DNA from: the human T2T-CHM13v2.0 reference genome, Homo sapiens
NCBI RefSeq assembly: GCF_009914755.1
Contig: NC_060934.1
Length of the DNA: 64,000 bases
Direction: 5' to 3' (one strand)
Shown here: in pieces, positions 38,877-53,056 of the stretch
Layout: every line of letters starts with the position of its first letter
How positions within the stretch are numbered: the stretch's first letter is position 1
Notes under the pieces: generated by a model
What the model saw: the letters and a program-made list of their open reading frames with translations, nothing else
What the model was told of the DNA's origin: nothing
Databases searched by the model: none
Translations under genes and position numbers: made by a program

Positions 38877-40934
38877 GCTCTCCCTCTCCCTCTCCCTCCA
38901 CAATCTCCCTCTCCCTCTCTCTCCACGGTCTCCCTCTGATGCCAAGCCGAGGCTGGACTGTACTGCCGCCATCTCGGCTCACTGCAACCTCCCTGCCTGA
39001 TTCTCCTGCCTCAGCCTGCCTAGTGCCTGGGACTGCAGGCGGGCGCCGCCACACCTGACTGGTTTTTGCTGGAGTGCAGTGGCGTGATCTTGGCTCGCTA
39101 CAACCTCCACCTCCCAGCCGCCTGCCTTGGCCTCCCAAAGTGCGGAGACTGCAGCCTCTGCCCAGCCGCCACCCTGTCTGGGAAGTGAGGAGCGTCTCTG
39201 CCTGGCCGCCCATCGTCTGGGATGTGAGGAGGCCCTCTGCCCGGCCGCCCAGCCTGGGAAGTGAGGAGTGCCTCTTCCCAGCCGCCATCCCGTCTGGGAA
39301 GTGACGAGCGTCTCTGCCCGGCCGCCCATCGTCTGAGATGTGGGGAGCACCTCTGCCCGGCCGCGACCCCGTCTGGGAACTGAGGAGTGTCTCTGCCCGA
39401 CCGCCACCCCGTCTGGGAGGTGAGGAGCGTCTCTGCCCGGCCACCCCGTCTGAGAAGTGAGGAGCCCCTCCGCCCGGCAGCCGCCCGGTCTGGGAAGTGA
39501 GGAGCGTCTCCGCCCGGCAGCCACCCCGTCCGGGAGGTGGGGGGCAGCCCCCGCCCGGCCAGCCGCCCCGTCCGGGAGGGAGGTGGGGGGCAGCCCCCGC
39601 CCGGCAGCCGCCCCGTCCAGGAGGTGGGGGGGCGCCTCTGCCCGGCCACCCCGTCTGGGAAGTGAGGAGCCCCTCTGCCCGGCCGCCACCCCGTCTGGGA
39701 GGTGTACCCAACAGCTCACTGAGAACGGGCCATGATGACGATGGCAGTTTTGTCGAACAGAAAAGGGGGAAATGTGGGGAAAAGAAAATCAGATTGTTAT
39801 TGTGTCTGTGTAGAAAGAAGTAGACATAGGAGACTCCATTTTGTTCTGTACTAAGAAAAATTCTTCTGCCTTGGGATGCTGTTAATCTGCAAACTTACCC
39901 CCAACCCCGTGCTCTCTGAAACATGTGCTGTGTCCACTCAGGGTTAAATGGATTAAGGGCAGTGCAAGATGTGCTTTGTTAAACAGATGCTTGAAGGCAG
40001 CATGCTCGTTAAGAGTCATCACCACTCCTTAATCTCAAGTACCCAGGGACACAAACACAAGGAAGGCCGCAGGGTCCTCTGCCTAGGAAAACCAGAGACC
40101 CTTGTTCACATGTTTATCTGCTGACCTTCCCTCCACTATCGTCCTATGACCCTGCCAAATCCCCCTCTCCGAGAAACACCCAAGAATGATCAATAAATAC
40201 TAAAAAAAAAAAAAAAAAGAAAGAAAAAAAAAGAAAAAAGAAAACAAATAAAAATTTGCTAGCAGGGTGAGATGGGACAGAATAAAAGATAGAGCGTAAA
40301 TCTATAATTGTAAAATACTTAACAGCAGGTGGGATGCATAAAAAATATAGCATCTAGATCAGGGACAAATGGAAAAGAAGGCGATATTACTGCATTAGGT
40401 TCCCAGAGGTGCTATACAAACAGAAACATGTTTTCTAAATGGTGAAACAGGTATTGAAATGACTCTTTATCAGAACTATGAGTCTTTTTCGCAAGAGAAA
40501 TTGGATTTACTAGTTGAATGTTTTTCTCTTCCTCTGGCCACAAAGGATATTGGGGCAACTTGAGAGAGGAATCAATAATGTAGAGTCTGATGGACACTCA
40601 ATGATCAGCCTCATAATCTGACTACATAAGCACAATAAAACAAAGTCAGAGTGTCTTGCAAGCTGTCACAGGGGTACTAAGCTGAGAGAAGGACCTTAGT
40701 TAAGGCAGCTAGCACTGAGAGGTTTTGTTCAAGCATTCTATCTTTCTATATTCCATTTCACGTCTACTAAATGGTGTCCAAAGTTGCAAAGGTGGTTCTA
40801 CCCTAATAAGGTAATGGCAAGAAACTATTCTGTATATTGCATGATGATCAGAATAAAACCCAAAGAAATATTTGTAAGGTAAAGGACAAAATGTGTGTGT
40901 CATTAAAAACTTTATGATACCAAAAAAAAAAAAA
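38877..40934 (+). mobile_element. SVA retrotransposon (older SVA_A/B-like) with 3' transduction; antisense to WAPL, intron 12
   Basis: CCCTCT hexamers ~38877-38922; Alu-like domain to ~39150; GC-rich VNTR ~39155-39700; SINE-R to ~40200 with AATAAA 40192-40197; first A-tail; unique segment; second A-tail 40922-40936; TSD AAGGATTCTC at 38867-38876 and 40935-40944. Confidence 0.93.
40240..40600 (-). pseudogene. Decayed class I ERV pol (reverse transcriptase N-terminal) fragment within the SVA transduction
   Basis: Translated pieces LPQYPL, FV*HLWEPNAVISPSFPFVPD and IPPAVKYFTIIDLRSIFYSVPSHPASKFLFVF follow the retroviral RT motif order QYP / FVQDLR..N..P.VP / FTVLDL..AFF.IP....SQ.LFAF, with a stop and a frameshift. 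Confidence 0.75.
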
Positions 40935-41555
40935 AAGGATTCTCAAGATACTACCCAAAATAACAAGGAAATATAATCCCTAATGGGTCTAGTATTTCTA
41001 AAGACACTATTTAAATCACCAAGTCCACGATTTTTAAGTTTAATACAAATCAAGTAAGCTCACTCTGTCAGTTGATTCTTCATGCATTATATATCACACA
41101 AAATTCTTAAAGAAACCGTATCTAATCTACGCCTAGTTGCCCTTTAAAACATACTGAGGAAGTTCTGTAAAAGTTCTTAATATTTTACAACCCTTTGGTC
41201 AGGAAGGTGTTCCTCATGTCTAACCTAAAATAATTTGTTCTTCTGGTATTGAATGCTGGTCAGGATTACCATACTGTCACTGGTAACTCAACTGTTTTCA
41301 GGCTGGGCTAAACTGGGGCTTTGAAGACAAAAGGAGGTTCAGCATATGTTATTTAATCTTTCTGTATGCTATCTCCGAATTGATCATGGTTTCTGCTGAA
41401 AAGCTTAAAAACCTAGAGATAAGTGCTCTTTTACAAACACTCAATTCTGACCTCTACTGCCACTTCCAAGACATTTGGCCTGAATTTCCTAATCACAACA
41501 AAAGAGCACCTGTCATATCAAATACTTCCTCTTACAAGGTAGTTGTCAGAGGTTA

Positions 41556-42248
<693 letters not shown>

Positions 42249-43507
42249 CTACAGATTAAGAAAATCTACTGAGACTAGAAATTTGAGACTACTGAAAATT
42301 AGAATATTGACTAAACATAAAATATTAAGCAACTAATAATGTGTGGCATGAAAATGGCACTGGGGTTATATTTTTTAAAAGAGTCCTTTTCTTCTAGGCA
42401 TTATGTACTTAAGTATTTATGGACGAAATAATATCTGGATCTGTTTCAAATAATACAGGAGAGGGAATGGATGAGGTTACAGATGGAAACCAGACTGGCC
42501 ATGATTGATAATGTGTACATTACAGTTTATTACACTATTTATATTTGAATTCCTCCAAAATAAGAGGTTAAAAAACAGATAAACTAGAGTAAGACTGCAA
42601 TGGGCCTTTGATAAGGCTGACTTCAATAAGAAAGTTGTACATATATCCAAAGACAATAAGGAATCAGAGATTTGAGAAATTAAAATTATTTTTTCAAAGC
42701 AGCGATTTGGAGAAAGTTAACTCCATGTGGTATTGTTCTGGATAGGCTAAAGGCCAGAGAACTAGGGCAGATATCAAGAACTAGGACAGAGATATCAGGA
42801 AGAGGTTGCTGTAATAAGACAGAACCAGGACTGGAGACATACTTGGGAATTTTACCTGCAAGGAGGTGACAGCATTAGCCTAATTGTGATGAAATGTGGG
42901 AAGAAATAAATGTGGAATGGAAGAAGCTACATACAGATATAGAAAAACAGGTCTAAATAAAGTGCAGAAGAACAGAGAAAAGTCCATTTAAAACAAGAAT
43001 GAGGAAAAATGCTTAGTATTTACTATACGCCAAGTACTGTTCTAGGCTTTGCACATTAACTAATTTAACTCATTAATATGTATCACAAATGATACAAAAG
43101 ATACTTTAAAAATCATTTAAATTTAAATTTTTTATATGTATTTTTAATATACACATATTTTTAAATATCTACTATGTATATATTTCTTACAAACATACAA
43201 ATTAACTCATTTTACTGTAATAAAAATCCTAGGTGGGTTAGCCACTATTATTATCCCCCTTGTAAAGAGCTTGATTTGTACATTACAAAAGTTATACAGC
43301 TGAAATTATCAAGCTGGAATCCACACTGTCATTTTGTGTCCAAAATCTGTACTCTTAAAACTTTTGTTACACAATGTGAACCAATTCACAGAACTCAACA
43401 GAGCATTTCATGGAGGAAGCTAATCCAAATTTCTTTCATTTATGGTCAATCCAAATGTTTAAAATAAGTAACAATGTTAGTTGTTAACTAATAAACAAAA
43501 AACTTAC

Positions 43508-43584
43508 TTAGCTGATGAAACAATAAGTTGGGAATCTTTATATGCTATCAAGTAGCTTTGATTTTCGGGATTATGCACAGTTAC
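43508..43584 (-). CDS. WAPL: WAPL coding exon (probable exon 12), VTVHNPENQSYLIAYKDSQLIVSSA
   Basis: TTTTAG| acceptor, |GTAAGT donor, 77 nt, phase 0-2. Confidence 0.95.
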
Positions 43585-44917
43585 CTAAAAAGGAAGAATA
43601 TGAAATAATTGTGGCAATCCAAAACTTTCATTCATTCATGTAACACCACATTCTGCCTGGTGCGTAAAAGATACAAAGATGAGGAAGAAACAGCCCTTGT
43701 TACCAAAGGGAATAATTTCACAACCTACAGGTTCCAGGTGTAAAATAAGAAAGCTAATGCTTTATGAAAAAATTAAGACATCACTGTTATATTCATTCAT
43801 AATTAACATATTCTACACTACATATTCACTGTAACGAATTGCCAAACACACTGAATGTCAGAATAGAGCAGTCCTCAACTTACAAATAACGTAAAGTTCA
43901 TAAGTAGATTCATTTAGAACACATTTTTACAAAGAAGTATCTGTTATCTACTGTGCCCAAAGCACTCTAGAAGACACATGGAACGCTACAATTTAATCTA
44001 TGCCAGGAGCTTTTAATTTATACTATACTACTTTTAAAATAACCTGGTGAACAAACCTATGCATCCTGAAATTAGCTGGCAGTATAAATTCTAATCTATA
44101 CGGAACTGGGTTAAGTCTTTCGTAAGAGTCAAAGAACAAAATATACTCGCTGCAGTTCAACAGTATCATTCTCCAAAGCCAAATATTATGACAGGCCATG
44201 CCTATAAACAATCTGACTCAAATAAAAGTCAAATAAACAAAATGCTAATGACAATTTAAAAATAAAACCTGATTGCATTTCACTATTGTTATCTACAAAC
44301 AATGTAGTCAAGTAGAAATTCACATTAAGGAAAAAACAATAAAGATTGGAGGGGCCCAGCAAAGTGTAACGCCTGTAATCCCAATACTTTGGGAGGCTGA
44401 AGCCGGCAGGCCACTTGAAACTAGGAGTTTGAGACCAGCCTGGCCAACATGGCAAAACCCCGACTCTACTAAAAATACAAAAATCAGAAGGGCATGATGG
44501 CACATGCCTATAATCCCAGCTACTCAAGAGGCTGAGGCATGAAATTGCTTGAACCCGGGAAGCAGAGGTTGCAGTGAGCTAAGATCATGTCACTGCACTG
44601 TAGCCTGGGTGACAGAGTGAGACTCTGGCTCAAAAAATAATAATAAAAATAATAAAATCTTTAAAAAAGATTGGCATATGTAAACAAACAAGCCTAACAT
44701 TTCATTTGCAGCAATAATACATGTACTCTTAAAATATAAAACTACTCATTTAGCTTGTTTATTAACAACTGGTTGCTCAAAAAATGTACTGCTATTTCTA
44801 TCTGGATTAACAGAAGTGAACCTCCAGGGGTATATAAAATATTTGGCAGTCTCTCTCTTACACACACAATCACAATTAAGACTGAATAATTTTTGCCAAA
44901 TAGTCATCCATACTTAC

Positions 44918-45015
44918 ACTTTCTAAAACTCGTAAACATCTCTCTGCTCCCCATAGTGAGGCTACCAGTTTCTCTTCATCCTCATCTCTACTTAAATGAT
45001 CCACACATTCTTTTA
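44918..45015 (-). CDS. WAPL: WAPL coding exon (probable exon 11), [32 protein letters not shown]
   Basis: CCTAG| acceptor, |GTAAGT donor, 98 nt, phase 1-0. Confidence 0.95.
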
Positions 45016-45151
45016 CTAGGTGAAAAGAAACAAACGTAAGTTAGTATTTATCATCGATACTTACCAATAGAATACTTTTAGCTAACATTAGAAGCCATCT
45101 GTACACACGCTATGAACATGCTGGAACCTCTCTGAACATTTTTTATTCTAG

Positions 45152-45577
<426 letters not shown>

Positions 45578-45694
45578 TAATAATGATAATAGACATTTCC
45601 AAACTGATACAATTATTTTTTGAAGTATGTCAATGGAGTATTTTCTTCAGGCTTTAAATAATATATAAAAACATTCTAAATGTAAATATCATAC

Positions 45695-45806
45695 CTTTAT
45701 CTACAATATGATCCAGACCACCCAAAAGCCGGAGTTCTTCTTTAAACCAGTCTCCTGCTCGTTTAGAAGTAAGGGATAATAATGTCTCCATAGCTAAATG
45801 CCCAGT
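45695..45806 (-). CDS. WAPL: WAPL coding exon (probable exon 10), [37 protein letters not shown]
   Basis: TTTTAG| acceptor, AAG|GTATGA donor, 112 nt, phase 0-1. Confidence 0.95.
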
Positions 45807-47794
45807 CTAAAAACCAGAAGCATCATTAATGAATATCAACTTTTAGCAATAACTCTAGAAATTGTTTCTCTTTACAAAAATTTACTGCATGCTACATGTA
45901 GTTTAACACCACTTTTATACATAAAATTGAACTAATTTTCAATTTTATCAGAATAGTCCACATTGAACAAAGTTTTTTAACCAGCTTTTCATAGAGAAAA
46001 TGTGCTATTAGTCTATCATTTGTCAGTTTAATATTATACATATATATAGGTACTCTTATTTCTACAGTATACAGGTCAAGTGTGGAACTGCTAAGTCAAA
46101 GGGTACATGTATTTTTTAACTGTAAATCAATATTGGATTAATTTACCACAATGGATTTAACAAGTAACACTCTCAGGAGCAAAGTGTGGGAGTGCCAGTT
46201 GCCCTGAATCTTCAAAAGTACAAGTTATCACTTAACATTTTTGTCTGAGGGTACAAAATGGTAACATACTGCTTTTGTTTGTATTTTTACAACGACAGTA
46301 ACCTTGAACAGTTTTTCACATATTAACTATGTTTCTACTATGAGACTCCTGTTCATTATTCTTTCCATATTTTCCTGCAAGACTGATTGTCTTCTTATTA
46401 TTTGGTGTATTTTGTCTATTCTGCATACAAATCCTTTGTTCACTTTAGTGTTGCAGACTGACTAGTTTTTAAAGGGCATACTGCGGGCTTAGCAGCTCAG
46501 ATATTCATCATGTGGCCATGATGACAAAACTGTATACAAATAATGCTTTAGGACCACCACCAGAAGAGTACAAAAGCTAAGAGCCACACTCACAACCTGA
46601 GTAAAGTTTTTATTGCCCTTTATTTCACTTTGGCTGTTGTTTTTCTTTTTAAAGCAGACAGCCACTTCCCAACAAAGAGCAATTTGGTTCCTGCTGCAAT
46701 AAAGAACTTCAGCATAACAAAAGAAATGCTTTAACTAGCAAAGACTGACAAGATCTGGTTTTTCTCCCTAAGTTTCTCCCCTTCAAAAGATGAGAGTTTA
46801 CATTAAGTCCTTCAGGTCTATTTGAAAAATGCACATAAATTAGATATTTAGAAATACAAATAACAGATATTACCAGTGAAAACCTTAAGACTGCACATTT
46901 AGAAAAGATCTAGAAGATTTTAATCTACTTCTTTTAAAAAAGTTGTTCTCGGCCAGGTGCGGTGGCTCACACCTGTATGTAATCCCAGCACTTTGGGAGG
47001 CCGAGGCGGGCTGATCACCTCAGGTCAGGAGATTAAGACCAGTCTGGCCAACATGGTAAAACCCCATCTCTACTAAAAATACACAAATTAGCTGGGCGTG
47101 GTGGTGGGTGCCTGTAATTCCAGCTACTCGGGAGGCTGAGGCAGGAGGAATTGCTTGAACCCGGGAGGTGGAGGTTGCAGTGAGCCAAGATTTGTGCCAC
47201 TGCACTCCAACCTGGGCGACAGAGTGAGATCCCGTCTCAAAAAAAAAAAAAAAAAAAAAAGAGTTGTTCTCCAAGGTGACAAATATAGAACTAGAATCCA
47301 ATACCACAAAAACAGATACAATTGTGCCCATTTTTCATTCTGTCCCTCAAAGAGTAATTTAGACTGGTTCGTGTGTGTTAATTCATGAGTCATACAGGCA
47401 AAGCTGAAGCCTAATGAGGCATTCTTTGTTTAGAAGAAAGGTGATGGTAATTTGATATTAATAATTAAAACTCGAGCCTTTTTAGGAAGTTTTGTTTTTG
47501 TTTCTATTGGCATAAAAAGGATTCTTTGATATTTTAGGCTATAGTCAGTATACTATAAGCTAGCATTTAAAAACAGCCTACTAATCAAGCATTTTATTTG
47601 AAAACTGGAATAGTACTCAGAATTAAAGCACAGCCAAATCACTAATCAGAAAATAAGAGGAACAGGCCGCAAGATGGCTCACACCTGTAATCCTAGCACT
47701 TTGGGAGGCTGAGAGACAAGGATCACTTGAACCCAGAAAGTGGAGGTTGCAGTGAGCTGAGATCGTGCTACTGCACTCCAGCCAGGTTGACAGA

Positions 47795-48575
47795 GCCAGA
47801 GAGTTTCAAGGCAGTGGGGGGGACCCCCGAGGCAGGTCCTTCAGGAGGTATTCCAAGACAAGACATTGTTATCAAGGGAGATGACACCTCCATGCCTGTT
47901 TTACTGCCCCTAAAACCTTCCAATGGGACAAGATGTGGAGGTGGAAGACAGTCATATTGATAATCTTGACCCTGTGTGGACCTTGGTTAACGTGTGTGTG
48001 TCGCCTTCATTTTTAACAGAAAAAGTTTTAAAAGTTAAAAAATAATAATTTTAAAAGCAGAAAAAAGCTCACAGAATATTTTTGTAGAGCTATACAATTT
48101 GTGTTTTAAGCTAAGTGTTATTAAAAAAGAGTCAACAGTTAAACTTTGGGAGCCAGTGTATGGTGTTTATCAAGTCTACAGTAGTGTGCCGTCATGTCCT
48201 AAGCCTTCACATACACTCATCACTCACTCACTGACTTACACAGAGCAACTTCCAGTCCTGCAAGCTCTACTCATGGTAAGTGTCCATATGGGTGTATCTT
48301 TTTAAATCTTTTATACCATATTTTTACTGTACCTTTTTTATGTTTAGATGCACAAATTTTACCACCATTGTGTTCCAACTGCCTTCAGTGCTCAATACAG
48401 TAACATGCTATACAGGTTTGCATCCTAAAAGCAACAGGCTGTACCACATAGTCTAGATGTGTGGCAGGTTATAACTTCTAGGTCTGTGTAAGTACACTCT
48501 GATGTTCACACAGCAACAAAATCACCTAACGATGCATTTTTAGAGCATATCTGTCATGAAGCAAAGCATGACTAT
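47795..48575. mobile_element. Tigger3-like DNA transposon fragment
   Basis: caggtccttcaggaggtattcc, gatgtggaggtggaagacagt and terminal aaatcacctaacgatgcatt...gcatgact. Confidence 0.75.
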
Positions 48576-49248
48576 ATTACTATTTTAAATTATCTTTTCA
48601 TGGCACATCAGCCATACCAATATATTCAAGAAATTAAGCAACTAGTAACAAAAACGTGTAAAGGATATTCATTGTACAAAACAACACAGTAAATCTACTG
48701 TACAATTTAAAACAAAAATATTCAAGGACAGCTAACATTAGTGGGGAAAAGAGGAATCCTAAAATTGACAAGTGTGCTCTGGCTTAATCATATGAGTAAA
48801 CTATTTAATAGAGTGTAGGAAAGTTTTTATTCTGGTATTTATCATCCTAATAAATTCAACAAAACATAAGACAAATTCAATTATCAAGTTTATCATGTTA
48901 TTTAACAGCATACCTGAAATGAATCTAAATGTTGAATATAGAAGACAAAAAAATAAAGTCATATTCATCCAACTATGCAGGCAAATAAAAACTATAGGCT
49001 CAAATTTATTCTTTTATAGCATGAAAAAAATCAGTAGACACTGCAAAAATACAGAAGTAAATAAAAATTATACATGTTTTGGACAGGCGTAGTGGCTCAT
49101 GTCTGTAATCCCAGGAAGGCCGAGGAGGACAGATCACCTGAGTTCAGTTCGAGACCAGCTTAGCCAACATAGCAAAACTCTGTCTCTACTAAAAATACAA
49201 GAAAATTAGCTGGGCGTGATGGCACACGCCTGTAATCCCAGCTATTCA

Positions 49249-49353
<105 letters not shown>

Positions 49354-50023
49354 TCAAAAAAACAAACAAACAAACAAAAAAAAGTTTTACATGTAGCATA
49401 CAGACGATGTGATGACATGGAGGATCATTGATTTGCCATCTGGGCACAACACCTCTCTCCACAATCTTATAAAGTGAAAAGTACTGAATACATGTCAGTT
49501 TTGTATCTTGCTGTTTAAAGTTAAATTGCTCTCCCATCCTCCACCATAACCAGAATCTATTACCACCTCTACCTTAATTAAAATAGAGAATAGAGCAAGA
49601 GCCTAAGTCACATCTGGCTAGCACAAAGCATCCTATAAATTTTTGTGGCACATGCTGCAGTCTTCAGTTAAGTAGATGTGGAGACACTGGCTTTTGTTTT
49701 TTTGTCTTTTGTTTGTTTGGTTTTTTTTGGAGACGTAGTCTTGCTCTGTTGCCCAGGATGGAGTGCAGTGGCGCCAATCTCGGCTCACTGAAACCTCCGC
49801 CTCGCCTCCTAGGTTCCAGGTTCAGGCGATTCTCATGTCTCAGACTCCCAAGTAGCTGGGAATACAGGCACCCACCACCACGCACAGCTAATTTTTGTAT
49901 TTTTAGTGGAGATGGGGTTTCACCATATTGGCCAGACTGGTCTCGAACTCCTGGTCTCAGGTGATCCACCCACCTCGGATTCCCAAAGTGCTGGGATTAT
50001 GGGCGTGAGCCACACCGCCCAGC

Positions 50024-50371
50024 CTGGCTTCTGATTAACATCTGTTCTGGGAAAGCCTCTAAAATTTCCAGTTTACCCATTGATCCTAGTGTAAAATCAG
50101 GTACTTACTGTATATCCTGCCCTTATGTCAAACAACCTTGATGTACACTCCAATAGCCCTACACATCCATTCTGAATTATGCTTTCCATATAGCATATAA
50201 ATCCCGGATGTGGGGTGTAATGGCATGGGGATCCCGAGACACAGATACGGCTTTTGTTCCTAAGTCCCTATTAAATGTTTCTTTCTAAAAAACTGGATTT
50301 ATCAGACTCTTTGGCCTCTCAGCTTCCTTGGACTCTGGAGGTACATTTGCATGGACTTGTCCATTGTGAAC
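50024..50371 (+). mobile_element. MER39/MER34-like ERV1 LTR fragment
   Basis: ccctattaaatgtttctttct...aaactggattt...ggcctctcagcttcc, ending ...gaaca. Confidence 0.6.
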
Positions 50372-50886
50372 AGTAGACAATAATAAATGTTTATAGAGTT
50401 TTGATGTTGGAAATGTCTGAAAACCAGGTTATTATACAATAAACACTTATTTTTTCTTTTTTTCTTTTTTTTCAAAACCACAGGCCAATTATCTTCTACT
50501 GGCCTAGAAGTGGATGGAATCACCAATATGTGAATGGAACATATTGATTCTACAAGTAAAAAGCCAGAAGAAGGCAAAACTGAACTAAAGCAAAAATGGA
50601 ATAGCCATCTCACACATGGGGCATTGTGATGAGCATTAAGAGCAGCCACTGGCCATGACTGTATTATAAGGAACACCACCTCAGGGGAGGTGAGGTGCCT
50701 AGGAATCTTCCTTGTGGTGTCTTCAGGGTTCTTCAAGTCCCATGAAGCAGTTAGACACCCTGAGGTACTCTGGGATAAATAGATGCTTGCTCATTGAAAA
50801 GGCAGTTATGGCGGGGGTGGTGGCTCACGCCTGTAATCCCAACACTTTGAGAGGCTGAAGGAAGATCGCTTGAGCCCAGGAGTTCA

Positions 50887-51081
<195 letters not shown>

Positions 51082-51800
51082 CTATCTCAAAAAACAGTAA
51101 TTATTACTATTATTATAAAATAAAAATTAAAAAAGAAAATGGTGGATGTAAATCCTCTGAAATGTTTATCCCTGAAATCCATGGAGAATAAGAATTCAAA
51201 ATTCCTAATAGCCTACATGTAGTTTCTACCTTTTTTTTGAGACAATCTCACTCTGTCACCCAGGCTGGAGTGCAGGGGCACGACCTCGGCTCACTGTACC
51301 CTCAAACTCCCCGGGCTCAGGATATTTCTCTGACCTAAGCCTCCTGACTAGCTGGGACTACAGGTGCACACCACCATATCTGGCTGATTTTTTTGTATTT
51401 TCTGCAGAGCTGGGGTTTCACCATGTCACCCAAGACGGACCCAAACTCCCAGGTTCAAGCAATCCACCTGCCTTGGCCTCTCAAAATGCTGGTATTATAG
51501 GCATGAACCACTGTGCCTGGCCCCTTTTTTTTCTTAAAAAATAAAGAGAAAAGGATTAGACAAAATGCAACAGAAAATGTGCAACTATTTATTGGGCAAA
51601 AAGCCTAAATACAGATAAACTAGTTTAGGAAGTTCAGGCAAGGAATGAAATTATGCTCAGATCTAAACATAAGAAATTTGCCAAACTGTAAACCAAGGTT
51701 AGAATTAAAATAATTTGCCCACAGTCACACAGCTACTGCAACTAACCAAAGACTTTCTGAAAGTAATTCTCATCTTAGAAGGAAGGAAGAAGGAACCCAC

Positions 51801-52028
51801 CGTTATATTTTCTAGATCAAGATGCTTGTTGTGTACAGTTTCACAGAGCCTTCGGATTTTTTCTTTAATTTTGTTCATGTCTTTTTCATTCAGTAGCTTG
51901 GCTGATGAAGCATCTTGTTCCAGTTCCAAAAGTCGAATCATTAGATCTAAGCTAGCTCTATCAAGATCCATGTTCAAACGATCTCTACTCAGTATATACA
52001 TGAGGGCAGCTGTACAGAGGGACAGATT
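51801..52028 (-). CDS. WAPL: WAPL coding exon (probable exon 9), [16 protein letters not shown]...DLENIT
   Basis: Polypyrimidine tract and TTGAAG| acceptor, ACG|GTGGGT donor, 228 nt, phase 0-0. Confidence 0.95.
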
Positions 52029-52127
52029 CTTCAACAGGCCAAAAAAAGAAAAGAAAAAAAACTTCATGTAAGCAACTCCTGACATCTCAGGAAATAAGAC
52101 TATTAATGACTTTTGTTTACAAGTTAA

Positions 52128-52322
<195 letters not shown>

Positions 52323-52714
52323 TGAGTAGCTCGGACTACAGGTGTGTGCCACCACGCCCAGCTTATTTTTTGTATTTTTTTAGTAGAGACGGGGTTTCAC
52401 GGTGTTAGCCAGGATGGTCTCGATCTCCTGACTTCGTGATCCGCCCACCTCGGCCTCCCAAAATGCTGGGATAACAGGTGTGAGCCACCACGCCCGGCCC
52501 CTCTCTAAAAATATTCTGAAGAAACATGTTTAAAAAAATAAAATGCTGTTGCTTAAAATTTACCTTTCAATGGATCCTCCATATATGAATGCCTGATAGC
52601 TCTAAGAATATATGCTGAGTTACATATTTCTTAGGCTATACTATGCTAAGAGTTTATAAAACATTTTTGCAGATATGTGTGTGTGAGTATATATATATAA
52701 AAACCTTATTATGA

Positions 52715-53056
<342 letters not shown>

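Noticed and set aside
39155-39700. Repeat array resembling a CRISPR array or a CpG-island promoter
   Set aside because: SVA VNTR: tandem degenerate units without unique spacers, in primate DNA.
38770-39823. Long ORFs (313, 246 and 183 aa) over the GC-rich region
   Set aside because: They are translations of the stop-poor SVA VNTR in several overlapping frames, with repetitive low-complexity products.
46505-46600. ATGATGA boxes in an 8-bp hairpin with nearby CTGA (possible C/D snoRNA)
   Set aside because: On the host (minus) strand the C and D boxes are only 4 nt apart. The plausible spacing is on the antisense strand, and I saw no terminal stem.
51715-52071. 118-aa plus-strand ORF
   Set aside because: Antisense shadow of WAPL exon 9.
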